Virus record (IMG/VR): IMGVR_UViG_3300044984_001537
Coordinates: 1 to 55,334 of that record
Origin: a virus
Lineage: Duplodnaviria > Caudoviricetes
Direction: 5' to 3' (one strand)
Length of the DNA stretch: 55,334 nt
Part shown: positions 28,430 through 37,163 of the stretch, piece by piece
How positions within the stretch are numbered: the stretch's first letter is position 1
How the letters are laid out: the number at the start of each line of letters is the position of its first letter
The notes under the pieces: generated by a model
Database searches by the model: none
What the model was told of the DNA's origin: nothing
Seen by the model: the letters and a program-made list of their open reading frames with translations, nothing else
Made by a program: the position numbers and the translations under genes

Positions 28430-30430
28430 ATGACACGTAAATCCTTTATCCTAAGAGACACTGAATCATTTGGTGGTTCGTATGTACAATACGACTCAAC
28501 GTTATTTGGTGCGTCTACTTCTGGTGCTTCTGCTACCTATGTTAAGGGTGATGACGTACAGATAGCGCCAATTCTTGACACTCAGATAACAGCAGGTGGA
28601 AAGCTATCTAACGCTGCATTTTTTGAAGCATATGCGTATGATTACCAATCAGTAGTTATTAGTTGGGGACTTACACTATATGATGCTACATCACTCCCAA
28701 AACCATATTCTGTGCATATTGTGTATTCATCAACTGGATGCCCAGACACTATTGCTGAAGGAACAAGAATAGTAGATACAAGAACTATCGGTGAATTTAG
28801 ACATATTGGTATTGAAGATGACTGGGCATACTACACAATGTTTATTAGGTACCTATCAAATAGTGGTGATGACTACTATGAACAGGTTGCAAAATTAGAG
28901 GTGTTAATACCCAATGATTATGGTTCTACTGAGGATTTATACTCAAAAATTCCTGTGTATTATCAAAACCAAGATGAAAACAGTAGTGGAGATTTAAAAA
29001 AGTACCTATCAATATTTGGTTGGGAAGTTGACAAAGTTCGTACAACTCTAGATTTTAGTATGTCTATGAAAGACCCTTTTGTAGGCAACGAAGAAACTCT
29101 TAATTTTTTAGCTCAAGATATGGGGGTTCCTTTAACAACTAATGATTTGGGGTCGCAGAGACTACGGGAGTTGTTAAAAACAGTAAGCACTACAAGAAGA
29201 AACAATGGTTCACCAAGTTCTATTGAAAAGTATTTAGAGGCTATATGTGGTTCTAATGTGGATATTAATTCCACTAATAAGACTATAAAAGTTTACTCTG
29301 AAAGAGTAAACTTACTTAAGGACCCACGCTTTGCTAATGGGGTATCTGCTGGTATTGATGCAGGCTACCCATCCAGTAGCTACAGCGGGGTTATTTATGA
29401 TAACGGAAGCGCAAGCACTTCAGCTTTTACATCTCCACCACTAGATGGTGGAACCCCCAGTAGTGTTTTAACTTCTGCAACACCAACAACCCAAAGTTGG
29501 GTTAACTTTTCACCTGCAGGAAATACTGGTACTTCTATACTTGAAACAGGTGGGATTACTTATACTGTTAGTAATGCTGTGTATTCTTCTGCATCTGCTG
29601 GAACGTTCACTTACACAACTAGTGTTCCACACAACTTTACTAGTGGCGACCTAGTTGACATTACTGGAGTAACCCCAAACGGATACAACAAAGCTAAACA
29701 ATCTGTGATTGTATTAAGTACTACAAGTTTTAAAACAATTGCACAAGGGAGTACCCCTGGTACATTTTCAACAGCGGGTAAAGCTTCTAAGTCATATAAT
29801 TATGTAAATGTTATTGGTGGAGAAACTTTCTATTTTTCAACAAGTATTCCTGGGTCCGCATCTGGAGTAAAAGATGTTCAAGGAGCTATAAAGTCCGTTT
29901 CGTTTTACCCAACTGGTGGAGCAGGTGCTTCTTTGTCTACTGCTATTGTGACAGACACTGTTCCACAAGTATTTGGCTCAACCAACTTTTGGAGATTAGA
30001 GATACCCAGTAATATTACTACCTACACTCAGGCTACTCTTTCTATTGAGTACTATAATAGTTTTAAAGGACAAAGTATTTCTTATGATGACTTTGCTTAT
30101 ACACTATTAGAACGCGATTATATAGGAACATACTTTGATGGAAACACAGTTGAAGGTGGTTGGTTATTGAGCGGACTAAGCACGGGAAGTATTTCAGATT
30201 ACCGATGGCTTGGGGCAAAGAATAATTCATACTCTGTTTACAGCGCAAACTGGAAAAAAACACAACAAGTAGTTTCTAGGTTCCTTCAAAGTGTCTTGCC
30301 AGTACCAGAACTTTTAACATCTGGAACGTTGTATAGTAATGGTTACTATAAAGATACTAGTAATGTAATTTCAAAAACACCAATCTACAAGTATGCTGTT
30401 ACGTACGACGTAATACCAGGAGACACATGA
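28430..30430 (+). CDS. Baseplate wedge/fibre-attachment protein (P2 gpI-like domain)
   Basis: LYSKIPVYY...LKKYLSIFG...LNFLAQDMG; inserted YTTSVPHNFTSGDLVDITGV.P.GYN beta module. Confidence 0.7.
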   Translation: MTRKSFILRDTESFGGSYVQYDSTLFGASTSGASATYVKGDDVQIAPILDTQITAGGKLSNAAFFEAYAYDYQSVVISWGLTLYDATSLPKPYSVHIVYSSTGCPDTIAEGTRIVDTRTIGEFRHIGIEDDWAYYTMFIRYLSNSGDDYYEQVAKLEVLIPNDYGSTEDLYSKIPVYYQNQDENSSGDLKKYLSIFGWEVDKVRTTLDFSMSMKDPFVGNEETLNFLAQDMGVPLTTNDLGSQRLRELLKTVSTTRRNNGSPSSIEKYLEAICGSNVDINSTNKTIKVYSERVNLLKDPRFANGVSAGIDAGYPSSSYSGVIYDNGSASTSAFTSPPLDGGTPSSVLTSATPTTQSWVNFSPAGNTGTSILETGGITYTVSNAVYSSASAGTFTYTTSVPHNFTSGDLVDITGVTPNGYNKAKQSVIVLSTTSFKTIAQGSTPGTFSTAGKASKSYNYVNVIGGETFYFSTSIPGSASGVKDVQGAIKSVSFYPTGGAGASLSTAIVTDTVPQVFGSTNFWRLEIPSNITTYTQATLSIEYYNSFKGQSISYDDFAYTLLERDYIGTYFDGNTVEGGWLLSGLSTGSISDYRWLGAKNNSYSVYSANWKKTQQVVSRFLQSVLPVPELLTSGTLYSNGYYKDTSNVISKTPIYKYAVTYDVIPGDT

Positions 30431-30681
30431 ATTTATTAATAGCTTCATTAGCTGTATATAAAGTGCTACAACTTATTGACTCGTTGCTCCCAAAAGAAGC
30501 AATGCCCTGGGTAAAGATTTTGGCCTCAATAGCCCTATCTTATTTAGTGTGCCTAGTTATTGACGTCGATAATATTCTTGTAGCCGGTGCTGCAATAGCA
30601 GCTTTATCTGGTACAGTGCATTCAGCACTCCGCCTGTTGACTCTTAGTGGGGATGCTGCACACCGCAAGAGTCTTCGATAG
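30427..30681 (+). CDS. Small membrane protein, holin candidate
   Basis: Two or three hydrophobic segments and a basic C-terminus (HRKSLR). Confidence 0.55.
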   Translation: MNLLIASLAVYKVLQLIDSLLPKEAMPWVKILASIALSYLVCLVIDVDNILVAGAAIAALSGTVHSALRLLTLSGDAAHRKSLR

Positions 30682-30688
30682 GAGTGTT

Positions 30689-31462
30689 ATGGTAAAGACA
30701 AATACATACGGAATTCTTGGCGGGGCCAGTGTTCCAAAAGAAGTAATTAACGCTTCGCTTAATGATATTGCAAAACACGCTTTTGTAATTCCCTGGTATG
30801 GCTCAAAGACAATTTCCCCATCAATGGAATGTGTCTATGACTGGATGCTAGACAACGAAATTGACTACGAAATAGTTGCTTCCTCAGAAGGTCGTCCACT
30901 CCCCAAGTCATTAAGCAACCATGCTTTAAATGTAACTTTGGTAGAAGATGTAGATTCCACAGTAATTGATCTACTAGTTGATTGTAAGCCTGGAATTGCA
31001 CTCATTATGTGGGATGAAACTAACCCTGAGCGTTCCTTGAACCTTGCTAGCAGCACAATTAACCGTGGCCTTGAATCATTAGAACTTACTAATGGGTTAT
31101 GCCCTATTGTGGTTGACCCACCAGAAAAAGAGGAAACCCTTGAGCTTTCTGTAACTACTTTATCTGAGGAAGACCATTTGGATAAGGTTCTTGACCTGGA
31201 TGTAACTAGCTTTGATAGAGAAACACTTGAAATTATGCCAGCTGCATCAGTAAAAAGAATGGCAGCTAACGCTGGGTTTCTTGTAAAGAACAAAGAAGAG
31301 GCAATTGATGCTCTGACTGGTTCAACCAAAGTTAAAGAAGACGTTGAAATTGGGTCAATACTGTTGTTGTTTAATGACGGTACTGAAATTGGCTTTGGAG
31401 TAAACAAAGATCTTTTAAAAAAGATTATGAATTTAGTTGTAGATAGTCAATCGGACGAGTAA
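30689..31462 (+). CDS. Hypothetical protein
   Basis: AGGAG RBS before ATG 30689; alpha/beta N-terminal part and a helical Rho-N-like segment. Confidence 0.65.
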   Translation: MVKTNTYGILGGASVPKEVINASLNDIAKHAFVIPWYGSKTISPSMECVYDWMLDNEIDYEIVASSEGRPLPKSLSNHALNVTLVEDVDSTVIDLLVDCKPGIALIMWDETNPERSLNLASSTINRGLESLELTNGLCPIVVDPPEKEETLELSVTTLSEEDHLDKVLDLDVTSFDRETLEIMPAASVKRMAANAGFLVKNKEEAIDALTGSTKVKEDVEIGSILLLFNDGTEIGFGVNKDLLKKIMNLVVDSQSDE

Positions 31463-31493
31463 GATTGTCCTTCACATACGGTTCCCAAACCAA

Positions 31494-31524
31494 GCAAAAG
31501 GCCCCCGCAGGGGGGCCTTTTGTT
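31494..31524. terminator. Bidirectional intrinsic terminator between convergent modules
   Basis: GCAAAAGGCCCCC-GCAG-GGGGGCCTTTTGT, with A and T tracts flanking the GC stem. Confidence 0.9.
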
Positions 31525-31556
31525 ATTCAGTAGTAACTACTACCAAGTTAGTGAGT

Positions 31557-31670
31557 TCACTTCTTCTTAGGAGCTGCCTTCTTTGCTGGAGCTGCCTTCT
31601 TCTTAGCGGGGCCCTTACCATAGCCGGGGTCCTTCTTATCCTTAATATCACATCCACATGCTGCGCACAT
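31557..31670 (-). CDS. 37-aa microprotein, CxxCxC plus H1-like PAKK tail (not in ORF track)
   Basis: MCAACGCDIKDKKDPGYGKGPAKKKAAPAKKAAPKKK*; GGAGGT SD 6 nt upstream. Confidence 0.8.
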   Translation of the reverse strand: MCAACGCDIKDKKDPGYGKGPAKKKAAPAKKAAPKKK

Positions 31671-31711
31671 TTATTTACCTCCCTTCCTATACTTGCTTGT
31701 CTTCTTAGACA

Positions 31712-32011
31712 TCAGCAGTCCCAAGCACGAAGAGATTTGTTAATACGGGAATCCGGATCGTTAGCAGTTTTAGATGAAGTGTTCTTCTTCTTCATGCCTT
31801 CCATACGAGCACAAAAAGAATCACGACGCGCTGCTGACTTCTCAGACTTAGCGGCCTGTTCTTTCTTTACCGGTGGCTTAAGGTCGCTGCCAGGATTTGC
31901 GCGCTCGTAAGACTTACGTCCTTTTTCGTTAAGACCACCCTTGGGGTCCTTGCCCTCGGCACGAGACCAAGCGGCTGTCTTTTTAGCTGGGGCTTTCTTT
32001 TTTTCTGCCAT
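31712..32011 (-). CDS. Basic phage protein, DUF6321-like
   Basis: GGLNEKGRKSY...LKPPV...RRDSFCARMEG...DPDSRINKSLRAWDC; AAGGAG RBS. Confidence 0.8.
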   Translation of the reverse strand: MAEKKKAPAKKTAAWSRAEGKDPKGGLNEKGRKSYERANPGSDLKPPVKKEQAAKSEKSAARRDSFCARMEGMKKKNTSSKTANDPDSRINKSLRAWDC

Positions 32012-32020
32012 ATTGGCTCC

Positions 32021-32455
32021 TTACTTGGTTGAGGCTCGAAGTTGCCAAGCCCACTTTTGATGCATATCAATGCGCTCTGACAAGAAGTTAGCAATACCTT
32101 GTTCATCGGCTTTCATAGCTGCTTCAAAGGTATCTTTAAGAGATACAAGCAAAGAATCATTTGCTGTTAGCAATGACTTAGCCATTGCCTTAGGATTAGG
32201 TTGAACATCCTTAAAATCAATAGTTCTTAGATCAAGAAACTTTTGAAGACTAAAGGGAGCATAATCATCCAACTTACGAATGTTTTCAGCAATCAGGTCA
32301 ATTGAGCCATATGCATCTTCATAGATCTCCGAGAACAAGGAGTGGTACTGGTTGAAGTCTTGACCTTCCACATTCCAGTGATACCCATGTGCCATAAAGT
32401 AGAATGTAACTACGTCAGACACTAACACTTTGAGCGACTTGGCTAAATCTTTCAT
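32021..32455 (-). CDS. dps: Dps family mini-ferritin
   Basis: HWNVEG..F..YH.LFSEIY.....D.IAE.IR ferroxidase signature; HQKWAWQLRA; AAGGAG RBS. Confidence 0.95.
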   Translation of the reverse strand: MKDLAKSLKVLVSDVVTFYFMAHGYHWNVEGQDFNQYHSLFSEIYEDAYGSIDLIAENIRKLDDYAPFSLQKFLDLRTIDFKDVQPNPKAMAKSLLTANDSLLVSLKDTFEAAMKADEQGIANFLSERIDMHQKWAWQLRASTK

Positions 32456-32484
32456 AAAAACTCCTTGTTATTTGCCACCACAAA

Positions 32485-32535
32485 TCGTATCATTTTTGAA
32501 GAGGGGTTGTGGGGGTGACTGGAGTGGGCTATGAT
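32485..32535. promoter_or_regulatory. Divergent promoter pair (dps cassette / replication block)
   Basis: Plus strand TTGTGG-17 nt-TATGAT (32507-32535); minus strand TGATACGAT extended -10 (32485-32493). Confidence 0.6.
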
Positions 32536-32545
32536 CACTAGTCCA

Positions 32546-33796
32546 ATGGGAACCAGTAACGTTTTTGGTGGACGCTTTTTAGCAGTCCCTGAGTGGGCAG
32601 TGCCCCTCATTTTTAAGCATGGTCAACCACGCGATCTGCAGGTTTTAACATGCCTTGTTTCAATGATGCACATCCATAACAAATCTGTTTCGGCGTCTAT
32701 TCAAGAGATTGCTGATGCATCATACACTTCAAAAGAAACTGTAAAACGATCACTCAAATGGCTCTCAGAGCAACAAATAATCACAACAAAATTACGACAA
32801 AAACCAAAACCAAACACTTACATTATTAACTACACACAACCAGCAATAGGGTCACCCATGACCCTATCAACCACCAACAAAACACCCTTAATAGGGTCAC
32901 CCATGACCCTACCCACTATCCCCAATGGGGTCACCCATGACCCTATCAAAATGAACATAACACCAGCACAAGTAACAAAAGCGCTGATCTCTAGAGAAAT
33001 AGTAATAATAGAGAGTAATAGTAATAAAACCCTAAAGAAGGCCGATGGCCCTCGTGATAAGGTAGAGGATATGATTCTTGGCGCAGACGTAAACGAAAAA
33101 GCAAAGGTTGAAGAACCAGTAAAACGTAAACCTCGACCAGAGGTAAACGACTTGGCTAGTTACTTTGTGTACCATCCACGATCAGTAATGGTTTGTTCAT
33201 ACTCCTTTCAGGACATGAACATTCTTCGCAGAACAATCAAGCTTCTACTAGACGCTGGTGTTTCACGAACAACAGTTCGTCAAATGATTGACAAGTTCTT
33301 TAGCACCGACCGTATGCGTGGAGCAGAATCCCCAGTTCTTATGTTTTCTAGCAAAGGTGTTCAAGCATCCCTAATGGAAACACTTGACACAGTGTTAGAT
33401 AACACCAGTCCAATTCTGAGTTTGATGCTCAATGACTTTAATCGTGAGGGGCTGGATTTACCTTGGGATAAATCTTCTGATGAAGCCTTACGTAAGGTTA
33501 TTATTATCTCAGGAATGGACGTGTGCTATAGGTACCCAGAGCTAGTAGCACAAGTTATCGAGCTAGCTGATGATTTCTCATCATCATTGTTTAGAAACCA
33601 AATTAGTTCTTTAAACTCCCTGGTCAAGTGGCATATTGGAGAAGAAGAAGTAGACCTTAAAGAACTACAGGAAGATCTTGTGGGTATCACACTTCCAAAA
33701 GAACTGCTTGCAAAAACTCGTACTGCCCTCCGACCTGCTGCTGATACGATTGTCTCAGCGATTTACAACTATCGGAGAGTGACCCATGGAAATTGA
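32546..33796 (+). CDS. Replication initiator-like protein with N-terminal winged HTH
   Basis: ASIQEIADASYTSKETVKRSLKWL...NTYII; internal iterons; upstream of DnaC-like and DnaB genes; start 32546 or 32531. Confidence 0.8.
   Translation: MGTSNVFGGRFLAVPEWAVPLIFKHGQPRDLQVLTCLVSMMHIHNKSVSASIQEIADASYTSKETVKRSLKWLSEQQIITTKLRQKPKPNTYIINYTQPAIGSPMTLSTTNKTPLIGSPMTLPTIPNGVTHDPIKMNITPAQVTKALISREIVIIESNSNKTLKKADGPRDKVEDMILGADVNEKAKVEEPVKRKPRPEVNDLASYFVYHPRSVMVCSYSFQDMNILRRTIKLLLDAGVSRTTVRQMIDKFFSTDRMRGAESPVLMFSSKGVQASLMETLDTVLDNTSPILSLMLNDFNREGLDLPWDKSSDEALRKVIIISGMDVCYRYPELVAQVIELADDFSSSLFRNQISSLNSLVKWHIGEEEVDLKELQEDLVGITLPKELLAKTRTALRPAADTIVSAIYNYRRVTHGN
32845..32949. repeat. Three palindromic iterons, putative replication origin
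   Basis: AAT(A/G)GGGTCACCCATGACCCTA at 32845, 32890 and 32924; each has a GGGTCA-CCCA-TGACCC dyad. Confidence 0.85.
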
Positions 33797-34001
33797 TGGA
33801 GTGTTTGCATTTACGAATTTTGAAGAACTAATACGTTTTGTGAATTGGGTCACAACATCGTTTGAAACACACGAAGAGTTTGAAGAGTGGCTAGAGTTGC
33901 GCACCTCAGAAGCTTCAACTATTGACTCAGACTTTTGGAGCATAATTGAAAATGGCTACTACACGGAGAATCATGACACAGACATTCCAGGTTCCGACTG
34001 A
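33786..34001 (+). CDS. Small acidic hypothetical protein
   Basis: GGAG RBS; overlaps both neighbours. Confidence 0.6.
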   Translation: MEIDGVFAFTNFEELIRFVNWVTTSFETHEEFEEWLELRTSEASTIDSDFWSIIENGYYTENHDTDIPGSD

Positions 34002-34581
34002 TTGGAAATCAGAGAAGTGGTGGAGAAACCGCTCTGTTGAAGAGCGCTTATTTCATACACGAATTCCCACACGCTGGGCAGAATGGTCTTTAGAGTCACT
34101 TACGGTAAGTGATCGCTGTATTGAAGAAGTTACCAACTGGGTTAACAACTACCAGCAAGGTGACAGTTTGTTTTTGTACGGCAAGACTGGATCAGGAAAG
34201 AGTATTGTTGGTCAAGCAGTTCTTCAAGAACTTGTTTTGCGCAACGGTGCATCTGGCCGTTTTGTAAGCAGTGATCGCTACATAGATATGCACAAAGATA
34301 CATTTGAACAAGACGGTGGACTTCTTCCAGAGATGTACTCAATGCCCTACCTCCTTAAATACATTCAAGGAGTTTTTGATGTTGTGCTACTTGATGGAGT
34401 GGGACAAGAGCGTGAAACAGAATTCTCAACTCATGAAGTAGGTAGTCTTATACGCAGACGCTACGAAGACACCCGCTCAATGATCATCACTACAACCCTA
34501 GGAACCATGGACTTTAATCGTCGGTATGGTGATCGGGTAAAGGTATCCACAACAGAGATGACTGAAATAAGGGTTTCCTAA
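33973..34581 (+). CDS. DnaC/IstB-like AAA+ helicase loader
   Basis: IPTRW, LFLYGKTGSGKS, VVLLDGVGQE, RRRY...IITT and RYGDRV motifs. Confidence 0.85.
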   Translation: MTQTFQVPTDWKSEKWWRNRSVEERLFHTRIPTRWAEWSLESLTVSDRCIEEVTNWVNNYQQGDSLFLYGKTGSGKSIVGQAVLQELVLRNGASGRFVSSDRYIDMHKDTFEQDGGLLPEMYSMPYLLKYIQGVFDVVLLDGVGQERETEFSTHEVGSLIRRRYEDTRSMIITTTLGTMDFNRRYGDRVKVSTTEMTEIRVS

Positions 34582-35024
34582 TGGAACGTGGTGACATAGC
34601 AGAGTATTCCATCTTGGGGCAGTCCTGCATATGGGAGGGTGTCCTATCTGCACCCCCTGAAGGTGTTACAGCCAAGGCCAAGTACAAGTTTTATGAACGA
34701 GCAAATAATTGGGAAACTGCAATTCCAATGTGGAAACCAAATGATCTTGCTGTACGCTCCCTAGCTGACTGCGTTAATCGTTTGGGAATTGGTACTGATG
34801 TAATCACCTTCCTGCACCCTGAAGCAGTAGATCCAATTTACGAATGGTTACTACGTAAAGGAGTCCGCACTACAGTATTGTGGTACGACTCACCCAAAGA
34901 TTACGAAATAGATTTGCGATACAACAGAGGCATACGAACAGTGTATGTATCAACTGACGAAGAAGCGTTTACGATAGGGTTTAGAGCCCACGTTGTTAAA
35001 CCAAACACTGCATGGAGAATATGA
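34581..35024 (+). CDS. Hypothetical protein (possibly degenerate HAD-like fold)
   Basis: Coupled ORF; IWEGVL weakly resembles DxDGVL. Confidence 0.55.
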   Translation: MERGDIAEYSILGQSCIWEGVLSAPPEGVTAKAKYKFYERANNWETAIPMWKPNDLAVRSLADCVNRLGIGTDVITFLHPEAVDPIYEWLLRKGVRTTVLWYDSPKDYEIDLRYNRGIRTVYVSTDEEAFTIGFRAHVVKPNTAWRI

Positions 35025-36277
35025 TGGCTTCCAGCGAGCTATACCTAGTTTCAAAAATCATTCAAGAAAAAGACCTGAATACCCCAATCAAAGCCGGTTT
35101 GAAAGTTGAGCACTTCACTGGTTCATGGCCCGAGATATGGTCATGGTTATTGGAGTTCAACCGTGTCCATGGTGCAGTTCCTACCGAACGTGTGTTCAAC
35201 CAAGAATTTGGAGATGTCACATTAGAGGATGCATCTGGAGAAACTTTCTCTAGGTTGATTGAAGAAGTGGTAGCAGGGTTTAGAAGAAGAACCATCATGG
35301 ATTCTTTGTCTCATGCAATTCCTGCGATTGACGCAAACAACCTTGAAGAGGCAATGGCCGCTCTATCGGTAGGTTTACAAAAAGCATCTGTTGATGCTGC
35401 CCGCCTTAGAGACATTGACATTATTCAAAACTGGGAAAACAGAATGGCCCGCTATGAGGTAATGCGGAATACCCCAAACGCTCTTCGTGGTATTCCAACT
35501 GGCTTTCATGGTCTTGACAAGATTACACATGGTTTACGTCCACAGCAATTTATTGTGTTTGCTGGCGAACCAAAGCGTGGAAAGTCTTTGTTTGCTTTGA
35601 TCCTTGCCAACTCTGCACACATCCACGGAAAGCGCCCACTCTTTGTTTCTTTTGAAATGAGCATTGAAGAACAAGAAGCACGGTATGACTCATTGATTTC
35701 CAAAGTACCGTATACCCGCATCTTGTCAGGTGACTTAAACAACGATGACATGATAAAGATCCGCAAAGCCTTGAGCATTCGTAAGAACATGCATCCATTT
35801 GTTTTTAGTGAAGACACTTCCTCACTTACAACAGTTACAGCTCTTGCTGGGAAAGTTCAGGAATACCAACCTGACGTATTGTTTGTTGATGGTGTGTACT
35901 TGATGGATGACGAGGAGGGTGAAGCAAAAGGAAGTCCACAAGCCTTGACGAACATAACAAGATCTTTAAAAAGACTTGCACAGCGTTTTGACATTCCTGT
36001 AGTCGCAACTACTCAGGTTCTTTCTTGGAAGCTAGGCAACAAAAAGACTCGTGCGGTTACGGCAGATGCAATTGGTTACACCTCATCTTTTGCACAAGAC
36101 GCCGACTTGATTCTTGGTGTTGAGCGAAACCCAGATATGGAAGACCAAGCAATCATCAGAGTTGTATTAGCCCGTACAGCCCCTACTGGAGAAGTGCACG
36201 TTAAATGGGACTGGACTACTATGGAATTTGAGGAGGTATCAGATTATGACGACCACATCAACCCCTCATTCGACTAA
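35024..36277 (+). CDS. dnaB: Replicative DNA helicase, DnaB-like
   Basis: GIPTGF..LD, GEPKRGKS, SFEMS, FVDGVYLM and QDAD motifs; start 35021 or 35024. Confidence 0.93.
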   Translation: MASSELYLVSKIIQEKDLNTPIKAGLKVEHFTGSWPEIWSWLLEFNRVHGAVPTERVFNQEFGDVTLEDASGETFSRLIEEVVAGFRRRTIMDSLSHAIPAIDANNLEEAMAALSVGLQKASVDAARLRDIDIIQNWENRMARYEVMRNTPNALRGIPTGFHGLDKITHGLRPQQFIVFAGEPKRGKSLFALILANSAHIHGKRPLFVSFEMSIEEQEARYDSLISKVPYTRILSGDLNNDDMIKIRKALSIRKNMHPFVFSEDTSSLTTVTALAGKVQEYQPDVLFVDGVYLMDDEEGEAKGSPQALTNITRSLKRLAQRFDIPVVATTQVLSWKLGNKKTRAVTADAIGYTSSFAQDADLILGVERNPDMEDQAIIRVVLARTAPTGEVHVKWDWTTMEFEEVSDYDDHINPSFD

Positions 36278-37163
36278 CTTGGCCCAAGTCCTAGAAACAC
36301 TAGGGGTAGAGGTTAAAAGAGTTGGAGACAAAGAAATAACTGGTAAGTGCCCAGTCCACATAAGAACGGTTGGCAAACCTGACAACTCTCCGTCTTGGAG
36401 CATGAACGCCACAACTGGGTTATGGATTTGTTTCTCATGTGGAGCACGTGGGTCACTCTCATCCCTCCTGTATGAGCTCTCAGGTGGTGACTCTGGGGTT
36501 GAAATACAGAAAATGCTTGTAGACGCAAGCTACAAGGTTTTGATAGAGGGGAAAGCCCCACAAGAAGATGTATTTGTAGACCGTGATGCCTTCTTTGGAT
36601 TTGACAGAGTTCCAGAACGGTTATGCAACTCTCGCAATCTAGACCCTGAGATAACCCACCGCTATGGTGTACGTTGGAATCCAAAGAACAAAGCTTGGGC
36701 CATACCTATCATGTCTGCTACTGGACGGTTAGATGGTTGGCAAGAAAAAAGATTAGGAAGTGTATTAAACTTTCCAACTGGGGTAAAGAAATCTAAGACA
36801 CTCTTTGGAGTTGAACGTTTCCGCAGCTCAACAGCAGTTATTGTGGAGTCACCATTAGATGTTATTAGATTTGCCAAGGTAACAGACAAGGCTCAAGCAC
36901 TTGGAACTTTTGGAGCATACGTATCCCAAGAGCAAATAGACCTTATACTGCATTTAGCTGATAAAGTTATAGTAGCAATGGATAACGACAAAGCTGGTGT
37001 AGAATCTAGTAAGAAGCTTTACCACGCACTTGGTACACCTCGTAAAGGTTTGTACTGGTGGAACTACAAAAATACTGATGCTAAAGATATAGGAGATATG
37101 ACGGACGTTGAAATTGAGGTTGGTTTAGAAACAGCCAAGATTATGCCCCCATGGATTGCTTAG
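36246..37163 (+). CDS. DNA primase (CHC2 zinc finger plus TOPRIM)
   Basis: CPVH...CFSC; VESPLD; MDNDKAG; KDIGD; GAGGAGG RBS. Confidence 0.92.
   Translation: MTTTSTPHSTNLAQVLETLGVEVKRVGDKEITGKCPVHIRTVGKPDNSPSWSMNATTGLWICFSCGARGSLSSLLYELSGGDSGVEIQKMLVDASYKVLIEGKAPQEDVFVDRDAFFGFDRVPERLCNSRNLDPEITHRYGVRWNPKNKAWAIPIMSATGRLDGWQEKRLGSVLNFPTGVKKSKTLFGVERFRSSTAVIVESPLDVIRFAKVTDKAQALGTFGAYVSQEQIDLILHLADKVIVAMDNDKAGVESSKKLYHALGTPRKGLYWWNYKNTDAKDIGDMTDVEIEVGLETAKIMPPWIA

Noticed and set aside
31551-31910. Plus-strand 119-aa Leu-rich ORF
   Set aside because: It is antisense to Lys-rich minus-strand genes with strong SDs and lies beyond the terminator
32845-32949. Palindromic repeats as a mini-CRISPR array
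   Set aside because: Spacers are too short and unequal (23 and 12 nt between 22-nt units), and the repeats sit inside an initiator ORF; iterons fit better
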